Origin: Moraxella nasovis
GTDB taxonomy: Bacteria; Pseudomonadota; Gammaproteobacteria; Pseudomonadales; Moraxellaceae
Reading direction: 5' to 3'
Length of the DNA: 32,000 bases
Assembly: GCF_022701215.1 (NCBI RefSeq)
Contig: NZ_CP089976.1
Coordinates: forward strand, 1,770,001-1,802,000
Shown: piece after piece, positions 1-8,762 of the stretch
Layout: the number at the start of each line of letters is the position of its first letter
Numbering within the stretch: position 1 is the stretch's first letter
Translations under genes and position numbers: made by a program
Notes under the pieces: model-generated
What the model was told of the DNA's origin: nothing
The model's database searches: none
Seen by the model: the letters and a program-made list of their open reading frames with translations, nothing else

Positions 1-1573
1 TGATATCAAGCTCGTTTTCTTTTAGACCGTTTTGCTCTAGGGCTTTTGGTATTAAGTAGTTTTGAGCAATGCTCATTTTCTCATCTTCGGTATAGCCAGG
101 CAAGCGTATCACTTCCATACGATCTAGTAAGGCTTGTGGAATATCCATGCTGTTTGCTGTACAGATGAACATAACTTGGGAAAGATCCAAATCTAAATCC
201 AAATAATGGTCGTTAAAGGCTTTATTTTGAGATGGGTCTAACACTTCAAGCAAGGCAGATGCTGGATCGCCACGAGAGTCTTGTGCCATTTTGTCAATTT
301 CATCAAGCAAGAACAATGGGTTTTTCACTTCAGTTTTGGCCAAAGACTGCACGATTTTACCGGGCATAGCACCAATATAGGTACGGCGATGTCCACGGAT
401 TTCAGCTTCATCACGCACGCCACCCAACGCCATACGCACAAATTTACGTCCTGTGGCACGAGCAATACTCTCGCCTAGTGATGTTTTACCGACACCTGGC
501 GGACCTACTAGACATAAAATCGAACCTTTAAGTTGTTTGACTCGACTTTGGACTGCTAGATATTCTAAGATGCGATCTTTAACATCATCTAGCCCATAAT
601 GGTCTTTATTTAATGTGTCTTTTGCCTTGTCTAGGTCGATACTGATTTTACTGGCTTTATTCCAAGGGGTGTCTAAAATCCACTCAATGTAGCCACGCAC
701 CACAGAAGCTTCTGATGAAGATGAAGGCATCATTTTTAACTTTTTAAATTCACTCTCGGCTTTTTTGCGAACATCTTTAGGTAGATCAGCTTCTTTTAGG
801 CGTTTTTCTAGTTCATCATCGTCATCATCACTTTCACCATTTAGGGTGTAAAGCTCATCTTTGATGACTTTCATTTTTTCGTTTAAGAAGTACTCACGCT
901 GATTGCTTTCCATGCGTTTACGCACGCTGTCTTGAAGTTCTTTTTCAAACCCACGTTCAGACTTAGCCTTAGTGAAGTAGCTAATAAGAAGGTCGCAGTA
1001 GCCACCGACATCATCATTACTTAAGATTAACTGCTTATCATCTAGGCTGATGGAAGTACGCATGGCGATAAAATAGATAAGCTCTGATAGGTCGGTGATT
1101 TTATGAGCGACACGCAATAAATCTTTGGCGTTCTTAAGGTGGGCTTGGGCATAATCTGTAAATAAGTCAAGCAACACTTCACGATGAGCTTCGATTTCAT
1201 CTTCACTCATGTCGTTCTTGACAGGGCTTGGTTTGGCGATTGCTGTTATAAACGACTCGCTTAATACGTCGTCAATCTTAGTGCGTTCTAAGCCTTCGAT
1301 TAAGACTTTTAGGCAGTTGCTGTCAGCATCATGTGGCATGGTGCTGATGATACGGCAAATCGTACCGACATCATGTAGATTATCAGTATCAATCTCTTCG
1401 CTTAACGAGTCTTTTTGGGAGACGATGATAATTTTGCCATCGTGCTTATCTTGAGCAGCTTCAATTGCCCAAAGCGATTGCGGGCGTGCGACGAATAAAG
1501 CGATTTGTGTTTTTGGATAAACCACGACATCACGCACAGCAAGTAGCGGCAGTCTTTTATTATTATCGGTCAT
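1..1573 (-). CDS. lon: Lon protease (LonA type), 5' part only; the gene continues past the window start
   Basis: Absent from the ORF track because it is open at the window edge. My minus-strand translation from the ATG at 1573 reads MTDNNKRLPLLAVRDVVVYPKTQIALFV... (Lon N-terminal domain). It continues through the AAA+ Walker A LVGPPGVGKTSLGESIARATGRKF and Walker B LFLLDEIDK. An AGGAA SD lies at 1583-1579. Confidence 0.9.
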   Translation of the reverse strand, partial: MTDNNKRLPLLAVRDVVVYPKTQIALFVARPQSLWAIEAAQDKHDGKIIIVSQKDSLSEEIDTDNLHDVGTICRIISTMPHDADSNCLKVLIEGLERTKIDDVLSESFITAIAKPSPVKNDMSEDEIEAHREVLLDLFTDYAQAHLKNAKDLLRVAHKITDLSELIYFIAMRTSISLDDKQLILSNDDVGGYCDLLISYFTKAKSERGFEKELQDSVRKRMESNQREYFLNEKMKVIKDELYTLNGESDDDDDELEKRLKEADLPKDVRKKAESEFKKLKMMPSSSSEASVVRGYIEWILDTPWNKASKISIDLDKAKDTLNKDHYGLDDVKDRILEYLAVQSRVKQLKGSILCLVGPPGVGKTSLGESIARATGRKFVRMALGGVRDEAEIRGHRRTYIGAMPGKIVQSLAKTEVKNPLFLLDEIDKMAQDSRGDPASALLEVLDPSQNKAFNDHYLDLDLDLSQVMFICTANSMDIPQALLDRMEVIRLPGYTEDEKMSIAQNYLIPKALEQNGLKENELDI

Positions 1574-1607
1574 AAACATTCCTAATCTTATGAAATCAGT
1601 TCAAAAG

Positions 1608-1636
1608 TTTATGGTGCTTTTTACTCAAAATACAAG
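1608..1636 (-). promoter_or_regulatory. Candidate sigma-32 type heat-shock promoter for lon
   Basis: The minus strand reads CTTGTA (1636-1631), a 14-nt spacer, then CACCATAAA (1616-1608). This resembles the E. coli sigma-32 consensus CTTGAA-N13-15-CCCCATNTA and sits about 35 nt upstream of the lon ATG. Pattern match only. Confidence 0.3.
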
Positions 1637-1714
1637 CCATTGCATTAAAAATATTACAGCCTAAATAAAAACAGCCGTGCTAGACGACCGTTTTTTAGGT
1701 TTTTGTAAAGGTGA

Positions 1715-3118
1715 TTATTGCACCAATGTAGAGCCGCCGCCCAATGCTCGATACAGACGAATCTGACTGATGGATTTTTGCTCTTCTAGTTGTAACAGCT
1801 GCTGCTGATTGGTGAATAAGGAGCGTTCGGCATCTAGGACGTTTAGGTAATTATCCACGCCTGCACGAAAGCGAGCATAAGCAATCAGATGAGTCTGTTG
1901 TAAATTAGATTGTAGTTTGTAGCCTGATTTTAGCTGATCTTCAATCGTGGCACGACTTGCCAAGACATCTGATACTTCTTTAAAAGCTGTTTGGATAGAT
2001 TTTTCGTAATCGGTTAAGGCTTGTTGTTCGGCGATTTTTGCTACTTCATAGTTGGCTTGGCGTGCTTTGCCATCAAAGATGGGTAGGTGAATGCTTGGCA
2101 TGAACGACCAACCAAGGGCAGCAGAGCTAAATAAATTATCAAGGCTAGTTGAGCTATAACCGATATTACTTGCTAAGCGAATGCTTGGAAAATAAACGGC
2201 TCTAGCCACACCAATATTTGCTCCTGCGGACTTAAGGCGATGTTCAGCCTGAATGATGTCAGGGCGGTAAGTGAGCAGTTCGCTTGGTAAGCCTGCACTA
2301 AAAACGCTTGGGCTTGTCACATTGCCGACAGCGATGACAGGCATAAGCTCGTTTGGAATTGGTGTGCCAACAAGCAGTTGCAGGGCGTTCTTATAGCGTA
2401 AGATGGCAGTTTGGGATTGGTATACCGCAAGCCTAGCGTTTTCAAGCGATGATTCAGCTTGTAGGCTTGATGTGCGAGCGTCAATGCCTGCTTCAAAGCG
2501 TTTTTTAGTGATGTCAAATGCTTTTTCACGAGTCTTTAGTGTCTCATTGGCTAGGTGCTGCTGAGCTAGGGCATAGCTTAAGTTGACATAAGTTTCTGCA
2601 ATATTGGCAATAAGCGAAATTTGCACAGCATCTTTGGCAGCGGCTGTGCTTAGATAGTCTTCTAAGGCGGCAGCTTTACTACTGGCAACTTTACCCCATA
2701 AATCAATCTCATAGCTTGGCACAGCAAGCCCAACTTGATAAATGGTATGCGGATTTGCATCAGGTGGTGTTACACCGTGATTGGCACTGCTATTTATACC
2801 AAGCGTGGGACGGCTGTTTGCGTCGGTGATTTGGTATTTTGCCTTGGCACTTTGAATGGCAAGTACAGCGTTTTTTAGATCTTTATTATGGTGTAAACCA
2901 AGTTTAATTAGTGTCTTAAGTTTATCATCTGAATAAAAATCTTGCCAACGCATCGCTGCCACACTCTTGGCATCGCTTTGGGGAGTTTGGTCTAACTCAT
3001 AACTTTCGTTTGGAAGGTTTGGTCGGATGTTTTGGGGTGTGGTCTTTGGCGGGACACTACACGCCGATACTGCAAGGCTAATGGCAGTCAATGCTAATAA
3101 AGGACGAATTGCTTTCAT
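1715..3118 (-). CDS. oprM: RND efflux outer-membrane factor lipoprotein (OprM/NodT family)
   Basis: 467-aa ORF with a lipoprotein signal and lipobox (LAVSAC). The length and two-repeat coiled-coil/barrel pattern are typical of OMF proteins. It is the last gene of an MFP-RND-OMF operon. Confidence 0.88.
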   Translation of the reverse strand: MKAIRPLLALTAISLAVSACSVPPKTTPQNIRPNLPNESYELDQTPQSDAKSVAAMRWQDFYSDDKLKTLIKLGLHHNKDLKNAVLAIQSAKAKYQITDANSRPTLGINSSANHGVTPPDANPHTIYQVGLAVPSYEIDLWGKVASSKAAALEDYLSTAAAKDAVQISLIANIAETYVNLSYALAQQHLANETLKTREKAFDITKKRFEAGIDARTSSLQAESSLENARLAVYQSQTAILRYKNALQLLVGTPIPNELMPVIAVGNVTSPSVFSAGLPSELLTYRPDIIQAEHRLKSAGANIGVARAVYFPSIRLASNIGYSSTSLDNLFSSAALGWSFMPSIHLPIFDGKARQANYEVAKIAEQQALTDYEKSIQTAFKEVSDVLASRATIEDQLKSGYKLQSNLQQTHLIAYARFRAGVDNYLNVLDAERSLFTNQQQLLQLEEQKSISQIRLYRALGGGSTLVQ

Positions 3119-3132
3119 GTAAAATCCTACTA

Positions 3133-3154
3133 CCCCACTTATTTAAAAGTGGGG
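3133..3154. repeat. Perfect 8-bp inverted repeat (CCCCACTT / AAGTGGGG, 6-nt loop) in the 46-nt gap between the RND and OMF genes
   Basis: Read directly from the sequence: 3133-3140 pairs with 3147-3154. Confidence 0.7.
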
Positions 3155-3164
3155 CTTTTATGGT

Positions 3165-6100
3165 TTAGTGAGTTGTTGTTACAGGTTTTTCTTTATTTTC
3201 TTTATAAGGGAAAATTGACCGCACCCATACATAAAACATTGGGATAAAGAAAATACCTAAGAGTGTGGCAGTAATCACCCCGCCCAGCACGCTTGTACCC
3301 ACGGCATTTTGACTGCCTGAGCCTGCTCCTGTTGCCATATATAATGGCACAACACCGATGCCAAAAGCAAGCGATGTCATGATGATTGGGCGAAGCCTTT
3401 GTCTTCCTGCTTTCATCACTGCTTCTTTTAGGGTGTAACCTGCCTCTTGGAGTTCTTTTGCAACCTCGATGATTAAGATGGCATTTTTAGCGGATAATCC
3501 GATAACGGTTAAAAGTCCCACTTGCAAATAGACGTCATTGGCCAGCCCATCAAAGGCGGTAAACAGTACAGCACCTACCACGCCAAGTGGCACAACAAGC
3601 ATAACAGCAAAAGGTACAGACCAGCTTTCGTATAAGGCAGCCAAGCATAAAAATACCACAAGCATAGAAATGGCATAAAGTATTGGTGCTTGTGAGCCTG
3701 ATTTTTTCTCTTCTAAAGATAAGCCAGACCACTCATAGCTGATGCCATCAGGCAGCTTGGCAATCATGCTTTCCATTTCTGCCATCGCATCGCCTGTGGA
3801 TTTGCCAGCGACCGCTGAGCCTGTGATGTTTAGCGATGATAGGCTGTTATATCGTTCAAGCTTAGGTGAGCCGTATTGCCAATGACTACTAGAAAACGCC
3901 CCAAAGCCTATCATCTGACCTTCATTATTGCGTACATACCATTTATTAATGTCTTCAGGTACGCTGCGACTTTCAGGTTCACCTTGCATATAAACTCTTT
4001 TAATGCGTCCACGGTCAATGAAGTCGTTAACGTAGCGAGACCCCCACGCTTGTGAGATGGTAGCGTTAATGGTGGCAAGATTTAACCCATAGGCGGCAGC
4101 TTGCTCTTGGTTAATATCTACTTTAAGTTCAGGTGCGTCTTCTTGACCATTTGGGCGAACTTGGGTAACGACAGTGCTTTGGGCTGCCATACCAAGAAGC
4201 ATATTGCGAGCCTCAATAAACTCTTCATGGCTTAGATTGCCGACATTTTGTAGTTGCAAGTTAAAGCCGTTTGATTGCCCCATGCCTTGAATGGCAGGTG
4301 GTGCTAGGGTAAAGACGTTTGCTTGGTTGTAGCCACCCATAAAGTAGCCCATCGCTTTGCCTGCAATGCTGGCAGCTGTGTTGGCATCACCTGTACGCTC
4401 GTCCCAGTCTTTTAGGCGAATAAATGCCATGCCGTTATTTTGACCAGAACCCATAAAGCTAAAGCCTGCAATGGTAAAGACGCTTTCGACGTTATTTTGT
4501 TCTTGATTCTCAAAATAGTGCCGCACATCACTCATCACCGCTTGGGTTTGATTAATGGTTGAGCCAGTAGGTAGCTGTACGATAGACATTAGCATGCCTT
4601 GGTCTTCTTCGGGTACGAATGAACCGGGTAGTTTATGAAGTGTAAAGCCCATAATACCAACAACCAGTGCATACAGTGCAAGAAAAGCCCAGCGAGCCTT
4701 GATTGACTTACCTACAAAAGACTCATAATTGCGACTTGCCTTATCAAAAAAGCGGTTAAACCAACCAAAAAATCCTGTCTGCTGTGACAGTGGTTTTTTG
4801 TTATGGCGTTTAAGTAAAGACACGCATAAAGCAGGTGTGAATATGAGTGCCACAAGGGCGGATAGCGTCATGCTGGTGATTAGTGTTACTGCAAATTGAC
4901 GATAAATCACCCCTGTAGAGCCACCAAAGAAAATCATTGGCACAAACACCACAGATAAAATACAGGCAATACCGATAACAACTTTACCAATCTCTCTCAT
5001 AGATTGTTTGGTGGCATCCTTGACTGAGATGGTCGGGTTTTCTTCTAAAATACGCTCCACGTTTTCTACAACGATGATGGCATCATCTACCAAAAGACCG
5101 ATGGCAAGCACCAAGGCAAACATGGTAAGAATGTTAATGCTAAATCCAGCTATCAGCAAAATAGCAAGCGTGCCTAGAATGACCACAGGCACAGCAAGCG
5201 TTGGGATTAATGTGGCTCGCCAATTCTGTAAGAACAGTAGCATGACTAAAAATACAAGCACAATCGCTTCAAATAAAGTCATGACCACCTGTTTGATGGA
5301 TAGTTTCACAAATGGCGTGGTGTCGTATGGCACATTTACCGCCATGCCTTTTGGGAAATTAACCGACAACTCATCCATACGCTGCTGAACGGCTTCTCGT
5401 ACGCTTAGGGCGTTTGCACCGCTGGCAAGCATGATCGCCATGCCTGAAGCTGCTTTGCCATCATACTCACTGATGAAGTTGTAATTTTCACTGCCAATTT
5501 CGACTTTAGCGACATCACGCAGACGTACTTTAGCACCACTGCCATCGGTTTTTAGTAGGATATTATTAAACTCTTCAACTGTTTTTAGATAGCTTTGAAC
5601 AGTAACGGTGGCGTTAATCACCTGACGATCAGTAGCTGATGGAACTGCAGCAAGCTGACCTGCTGACACTTGAGCGTTTTGGGCGGTAATGGCAGCTGCG
5701 ACGTCTGATGGCATAAGGCTATAAGCACGTAACTTTTCAGGGTCTAGCCACACTCGCATGGCATAAGATGAGCCAAAGACATTGACGCCACCCACGCCAT
5801 CAACACGGCTTATCTGATCGACGACACTTGAGTTTAGGTAATCGGCGATATCTGTACGGTCCATAGAGCCGTCTTCTGATGTAAAAGCAAATACTGCTAA
5901 AAATCCGCTTGCCGATTTAGAGACAGACACGCCTTGACGCTGGACAGGCTCTGGTAGAGAACTTGTGGCAGCTTGGAGTTTGTTTTGGACTTGCACTTGG
6001 GCAGTGTCTGGATCGATGCTGTTATCAAAAGTTAATGTAACAGAAGCTGAGCCTGTTGCTGATGAGCTAGATGACATATACTGTAAGCCATCAAGCCCTT

Positions 6101-6308
6101 TCATCTGTTGCTCAATAACTTGGGTCACTGAGTTTTCAACTGTTTGAGCGTCTGCTCCTGGATAGACGGCATTCACACTGACTGTGGTTGGGGCAATCTT
6201 TGGGTATTGTTCTACAGGTAGCGAGCGAGTAGATAATAGACCCACTAACATGATAAGCATTGCCAGCACCCAAGCGAAAATAGGGCGTTCAATAAAAAAT
6301 TTTGACAT
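3165..6308 (-). CDS. acrB: RND multidrug efflux permease, HAE1 family (AcrB/AdeJ/MexB-like)
   Basis: 1047-aa ORF. The N-terminus MSKFFIERPIFAWVLAMLIMLVGLLS...LPVEQYPKIAP...VTQVIEQQM...AQVQVQNKL closely parallels E. coli AcrB. Size and 12-TM layout fit. Confidence 0.95.
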   Translation of the reverse strand: MSKFFIERPIFAWVLAMLIMLVGLLSTRSLPVEQYPKIAPTTVSVNAVYPGADAQTVENSVTQVIEQQMKGLDGLQYMSSSSSATGSASVTLTFDNSIDPDTAQVQVQNKLQAATSSLPEPVQRQGVSVSKSASGFLAVFAFTSEDGSMDRTDIADYLNSSVVDQISRVDGVGGVNVFGSSYAMRVWLDPEKLRAYSLMPSDVAAAITAQNAQVSAGQLAAVPSATDRQVINATVTVQSYLKTVEEFNNILLKTDGSGAKVRLRDVAKVEIGSENYNFISEYDGKAASGMAIMLASGANALSVREAVQQRMDELSVNFPKGMAVNVPYDTTPFVKLSIKQVVMTLFEAIVLVFLVMLLFLQNWRATLIPTLAVPVVILGTLAILLIAGFSINILTMFALVLAIGLLVDDAIIVVENVERILEENPTISVKDATKQSMREIGKVVIGIACILSVVFVPMIFFGGSTGVIYRQFAVTLITSMTLSALVALIFTPALCVSLLKRHNKKPLSQQTGFFGWFNRFFDKASRNYESFVGKSIKARWAFLALYALVVGIMGFTLHKLPGSFVPEEDQGMLMSIVQLPTGSTINQTQAVMSDVRHYFENQEQNNVESVFTIAGFSFMGSGQNNGMAFIRLKDWDERTGDANTAASIAGKAMGYFMGGYNQANVFTLAPPAIQGMGQSNGFNLQLQNVGNLSHEEFIEARNMLLGMAAQSTVVTQVRPNGQEDAPELKVDINQEQAAAYGLNLATINATISQAWGSRYVNDFIDRGRIKRVYMQGEPESRSVPEDINKWYVRNNEGQMIGFGAFSSSHWQYGSPKLERYNSLSSLNITGSAVAGKSTGDAMAEMESMIAKLPDGISYEWSGLSLEEKKSGSQAPILYAISMLVVFLCLAALYESWSVPFAVMLVVPLGVVGAVLFTAFDGLANDVYLQVGLLTVIGLSAKNAILIIEVAKELQEAGYTLKEAVMKAGRQRLRPIIMTSLAFGIGVVPLYMATGAGSGSQNAVGTSVLGGVITATLLGIFFIPMFYVWVRSIFPYKENKEKPVTTTH

Positions 6309-6320
6309 GACGGCTATACC

Positions 6321-7643
6321 TTATTGAGTCACTTTGGCATCAGCATTTGCTTGAGCTACATTTGGCTGAGAAGCGGTATCTGACACATAAGGAGCTGTTT
6401 TTACGTCTTGTCCTGGCTTAACTTTAGCACCACCTAACACGACGACTTGATCTTTTGATACAAGCCCCTCAGAGATTACCCATTGACCTTCGTAAGTGCC
6501 TGCCACCTGAACAGGTCGCACTTCAATTTTATTGGCATTATTAACCACATAGACTTGGGTGTCGCCTTTGGGTGAGCGAATTAAGGCACTTTGGGGGATA
6601 AGAGTCGCATTATCGATGACTGCTTGCGCCACTCGAGCATTGACATACATACCAGGCAATAAAATGTCGTCAGGATTTGGGAATACGGCACGAATGGTAA
6701 CTGAGCCTGTTGATTCATCAACAGTGGCATCTAGTAAGGCAAGCTGACCTAAAATTGGATAAACTGTACCGTCTTCTAGTACAATCTGCACCTCTAGGCT
6801 ACCTTGGGACGCTGTGCCTTCAGAAAGCTGCTGACGTAAGCGAAGTAGTTCTGAGCTTGATTGGCTGATGTCCACATAGACCATATCAGTGCGAGAGATG
6901 GTGGCCAGTGCTTTTGCTTGGTTGGCAGAGACTAAAGCCCCATTAGTGGCAGCAGAAATGCCAATTTTCCCTGATATAGGAGCTCTAACAATCGTGCGAC
7001 TTAGATCAAGCTGACTGGCATTTAATCCAGCCTTGGCACTGCCGATGGCAGCTTCTGCACTGTTAATGCCAGCTGCAGCTTGATTGGCGGTGGCTTGTGC
7101 AGCCTGTAGTTTTGCTTGAGCGGTATTTACAGCTGTAACTGCTTGATCGTACGCCTGCTGAGAGATGGCATCTACTTCAACAAGTCCAGATAGTCGCTGT
7201 AAATCTGCTTGAGCTTGATCAAGAGCTGCCTTTTGAACGGCGATATTAGCCTTAGCATTGGCATAGGCGGCACGAGCGTTTTGGGCGGTAGCTTGGGCAT
7301 TGGCAACGGCAGCTTGACCTGAAATCACAGCACTTTTATAGCTGTCAGTGTTAATGCGATAAAGCGGCTGACCTTTTTTAACATAGCTGCCTTCACGAAA
7401 CAGTACTTCATCAATAATGCCTGTGACCTGCGGACGAACTTCTGAGACAGCGACAGCATTCACTCGCCCAGAGAATTCTTTGATGACAGGTAAAGACTGT
7501 AATTTTACAGTTTGGACATTGACAGTTGCAACAGGCATCTGCTGAGCGACAGATTGCTTAGCATCATTTGGCTTATCGCAAGCTGTCAGAGCCACGCCTG
7601 CCATAATAGCAGTAATGATGGCAATGTATAAGTTTGATTTCAT
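6321..7643 (-). CDS. acrA: RND efflux membrane fusion (periplasmic adaptor) lipoprotein, AcrA/AdeI-like
   Basis: 440-aa ORF with a lipoprotein signal (GVALTAC). It has a long Ala/Gln-rich alpha-hairpin segment and lipoyl/beta-barrel-like flanks. It lies 12 nt upstream of the RND gene. Confidence 0.9.
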   Translation of the reverse strand: MKSNLYIAIITAIMAGVALTACDKPNDAKQSVAQQMPVATVNVQTVKLQSLPVIKEFSGRVNAVAVSEVRPQVTGIIDEVLFREGSYVKKGQPLYRINTDSYKSAVISGQAAVANAQATAQNARAAYANAKANIAVQKAALDQAQADLQRLSGLVEVDAISQQAYDQAVTAVNTAQAKLQAAQATANQAAAGINSAEAAIGSAKAGLNASQLDLSRTIVRAPISGKIGISAATNGALVSANQAKALATISRTDMVYVDISQSSSELLRLRQQLSEGTASQGSLEVQIVLEDGTVYPILGQLALLDATVDESTGSVTIRAVFPNPDDILLPGMYVNARVAQAVIDNATLIPQSALIRSPKGDTQVYVVNNANKIEVRPVQVAGTYEGQWVISEGLVSKDQVVVLGGAKVKPGQDVKTAPYVSDTASQPNVAQANADAKVTQ

Positions 7644-7965
7644 AAACTTTCCTTAGGATAAAGAAAAGTCTTAGAATTTTATTCTTAATGAGTTGTCATT
7701 ATAAATGAAATTCTAAAACTACGAGTATTGTCTAAAAAGACATAACTGTGATTGGTTTACATCAGTAAACTTTCTCATTATACGCTAAAATCGTACAGAA
7801 AACCTTATAAAATATAGCGATAAATGAAAATAAATTCTTTGACATTTGCTAAAAAGTGTGTGCAAAGCAAGTCTAATTTTATGTGATTTATCGGTGTTAT
7901 TGTGGTGAATTTACACCATTTTTATACCACGGATAAAATTTTTTATAAAATTTGTAAAATTTTAC

Positions 7966-7993
7966 TTGCGTTTTTTAAAATCTTTGGTATTAT
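7966..7993 (+). promoter_or_regulatory. Candidate sigma-70 promoter for the tRNA-Cys/tRNA-Leu pair
   Basis: TTGCGT (7966-7971), a 16-nt spacer, then TATTAT (7988-7993). It is preceded by an A/T-rich UP-like tract. The mature tRNA 5' end is at 8007. Confidence 0.4.
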
Positions 7994-8006
7994 AACAAAC
8001 CACAAA

Positions 8007-8080
8007 GGCTGGGTGGCAGAGTGGTCATGCAGCGGACTGCAACTCCGTGTACGCCGGTTCGATTCCGACCTCAGCCTCCA
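8007..8080 (+). tRNA. tRNA-Cys (anticodon GCA)
   Basis: 74-nt cloverleaf. The acceptor GGCTGGG pairs with CTCAGCC (one G-U pair). The anticodon loop is CTGCAAC, the T-arm contains GGTTCGATTCC, and the 3' CCA is encoded. Confidence 0.95.
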
Positions 8081-8100
8081 AAAGTTGCTAACAGCAATAT

Positions 8101-8186
8101 GCCCGGGTGGTGAAATTGGTAGACACAAGGGATTTAAAATCCCTCGCTCTTTGAGCGTGCCGGTTCAAGTCCGGCCCCGGGCACCA
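8101..8186 (+). tRNA. tRNA-Leu (anticodon TAA), class II with a long variable arm
   Basis: 86 nt. Acceptor GCCCGGG/CCCGGGC, anticodon stem AGGGA/TCCCT with loop TTTAAAA, variable arm CGCTCTTTGAGCG, T-arm GCCGGTTCAAGTCCGGC, and an encoded CCA. Confidence 0.95.
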
Positions 8187-8196
8187 TATTATAGAC

Positions 8197-8233
8197 AAAA
8201 CCCTTGAAGTTGATAACTTTAAGGGTTTTTGTT
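8197..8233 (+). terminator. Rho-independent terminator after the tRNA pair
   Basis: CCCTTGAAG (8201-8209) pairs with CTTTAAGGG (8217-8225), 9 bp including one G-U. The stem is extended by A/T pairs and followed by TTTTTGTT. Confidence 0.6.
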
Positions 8234-8271
8234 ATTAACCAAACAGATTTATCCTGACAATTACCAGATTT

Positions 8272-8760
8272 ATGACGACACAGACTTTTATATTGAGCGA
8301 TGAAAAACAAACCGAGCAATTTGCCAAATGTCTAGCGGAGTTAAACCCTACAGGCTTTATCCGCTTGTCTGGTGATTTGGGTGCAGGAAAGACCACATTA
8401 ACCCGCCATCTGCTTAGAGCCTTAGGTCATAAAGGCAGTGTAAAAAGCCCTACCTTTACGTTGGTTGAGCCCTATCAGATTACTCAGCCAAATGGCGAGC
8501 TAAAGTCAGTTTATCACGCTGATCTTTATCGTTTAAATGACCCTGAAGAGCTCGATTTTATTGGGTTTTTTGAATACTTTGATGAGCCTAATGTGTTGGT
8601 TATTATTGAGTGGGCAAGCCGTGCCGAAACCTTATTACCAAAGCCTGATTTAACAATCAAGATTAAGCAGCTAAAAAACGACTGTCGTAGTGTTACCGTC
8701 ACTAGCCCTAATGATACAATCAACTTAGCCCACCTAAACTTAACCGACCTAAATGTCTGA
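8272..8760 (+). CDS. tsaE: tRNA t6A37 biosynthesis ATPase TsaE (YjeE)
   Basis: 162 aa with the P-loop GDLGAGKTTLTR plus the SPTFTLV and HADLYRL motifs characteristic of TsaE. Confidence 0.88.
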   Translation: MTTQTFILSDEKQTEQFAKCLAELNPTGFIRLSGDLGAGKTTLTRHLLRALGHKGSVKSPTFTLVEPYQITQPNGELKSVYHADLYRLNDPEELDFIGFFEYFDEPNVLVIIEWASRAETLLPKPDLTIKIKQLKNDCRSVTVTSPNDTINLAHLNLTDLNV

Positions 8761-8762
8761 TA

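Noticed and set aside
8007-8272. The tRNA pair as an integration site for a genomic island.
   Set aside because: tsaE starts 86 nt after the tRNA-Leu. There is no integrase, no duplicated tRNA 3' end (att-like repeat) that I could find, and the flanking genes are core.
7902-8319. ORFs of 61-101 aa on both strands across the tRNA-Cys/tRNA-Leu region.
   Set aside because: They are translations through tRNA genes and their terminator. The cloverleaf structures explain the sequence fully.
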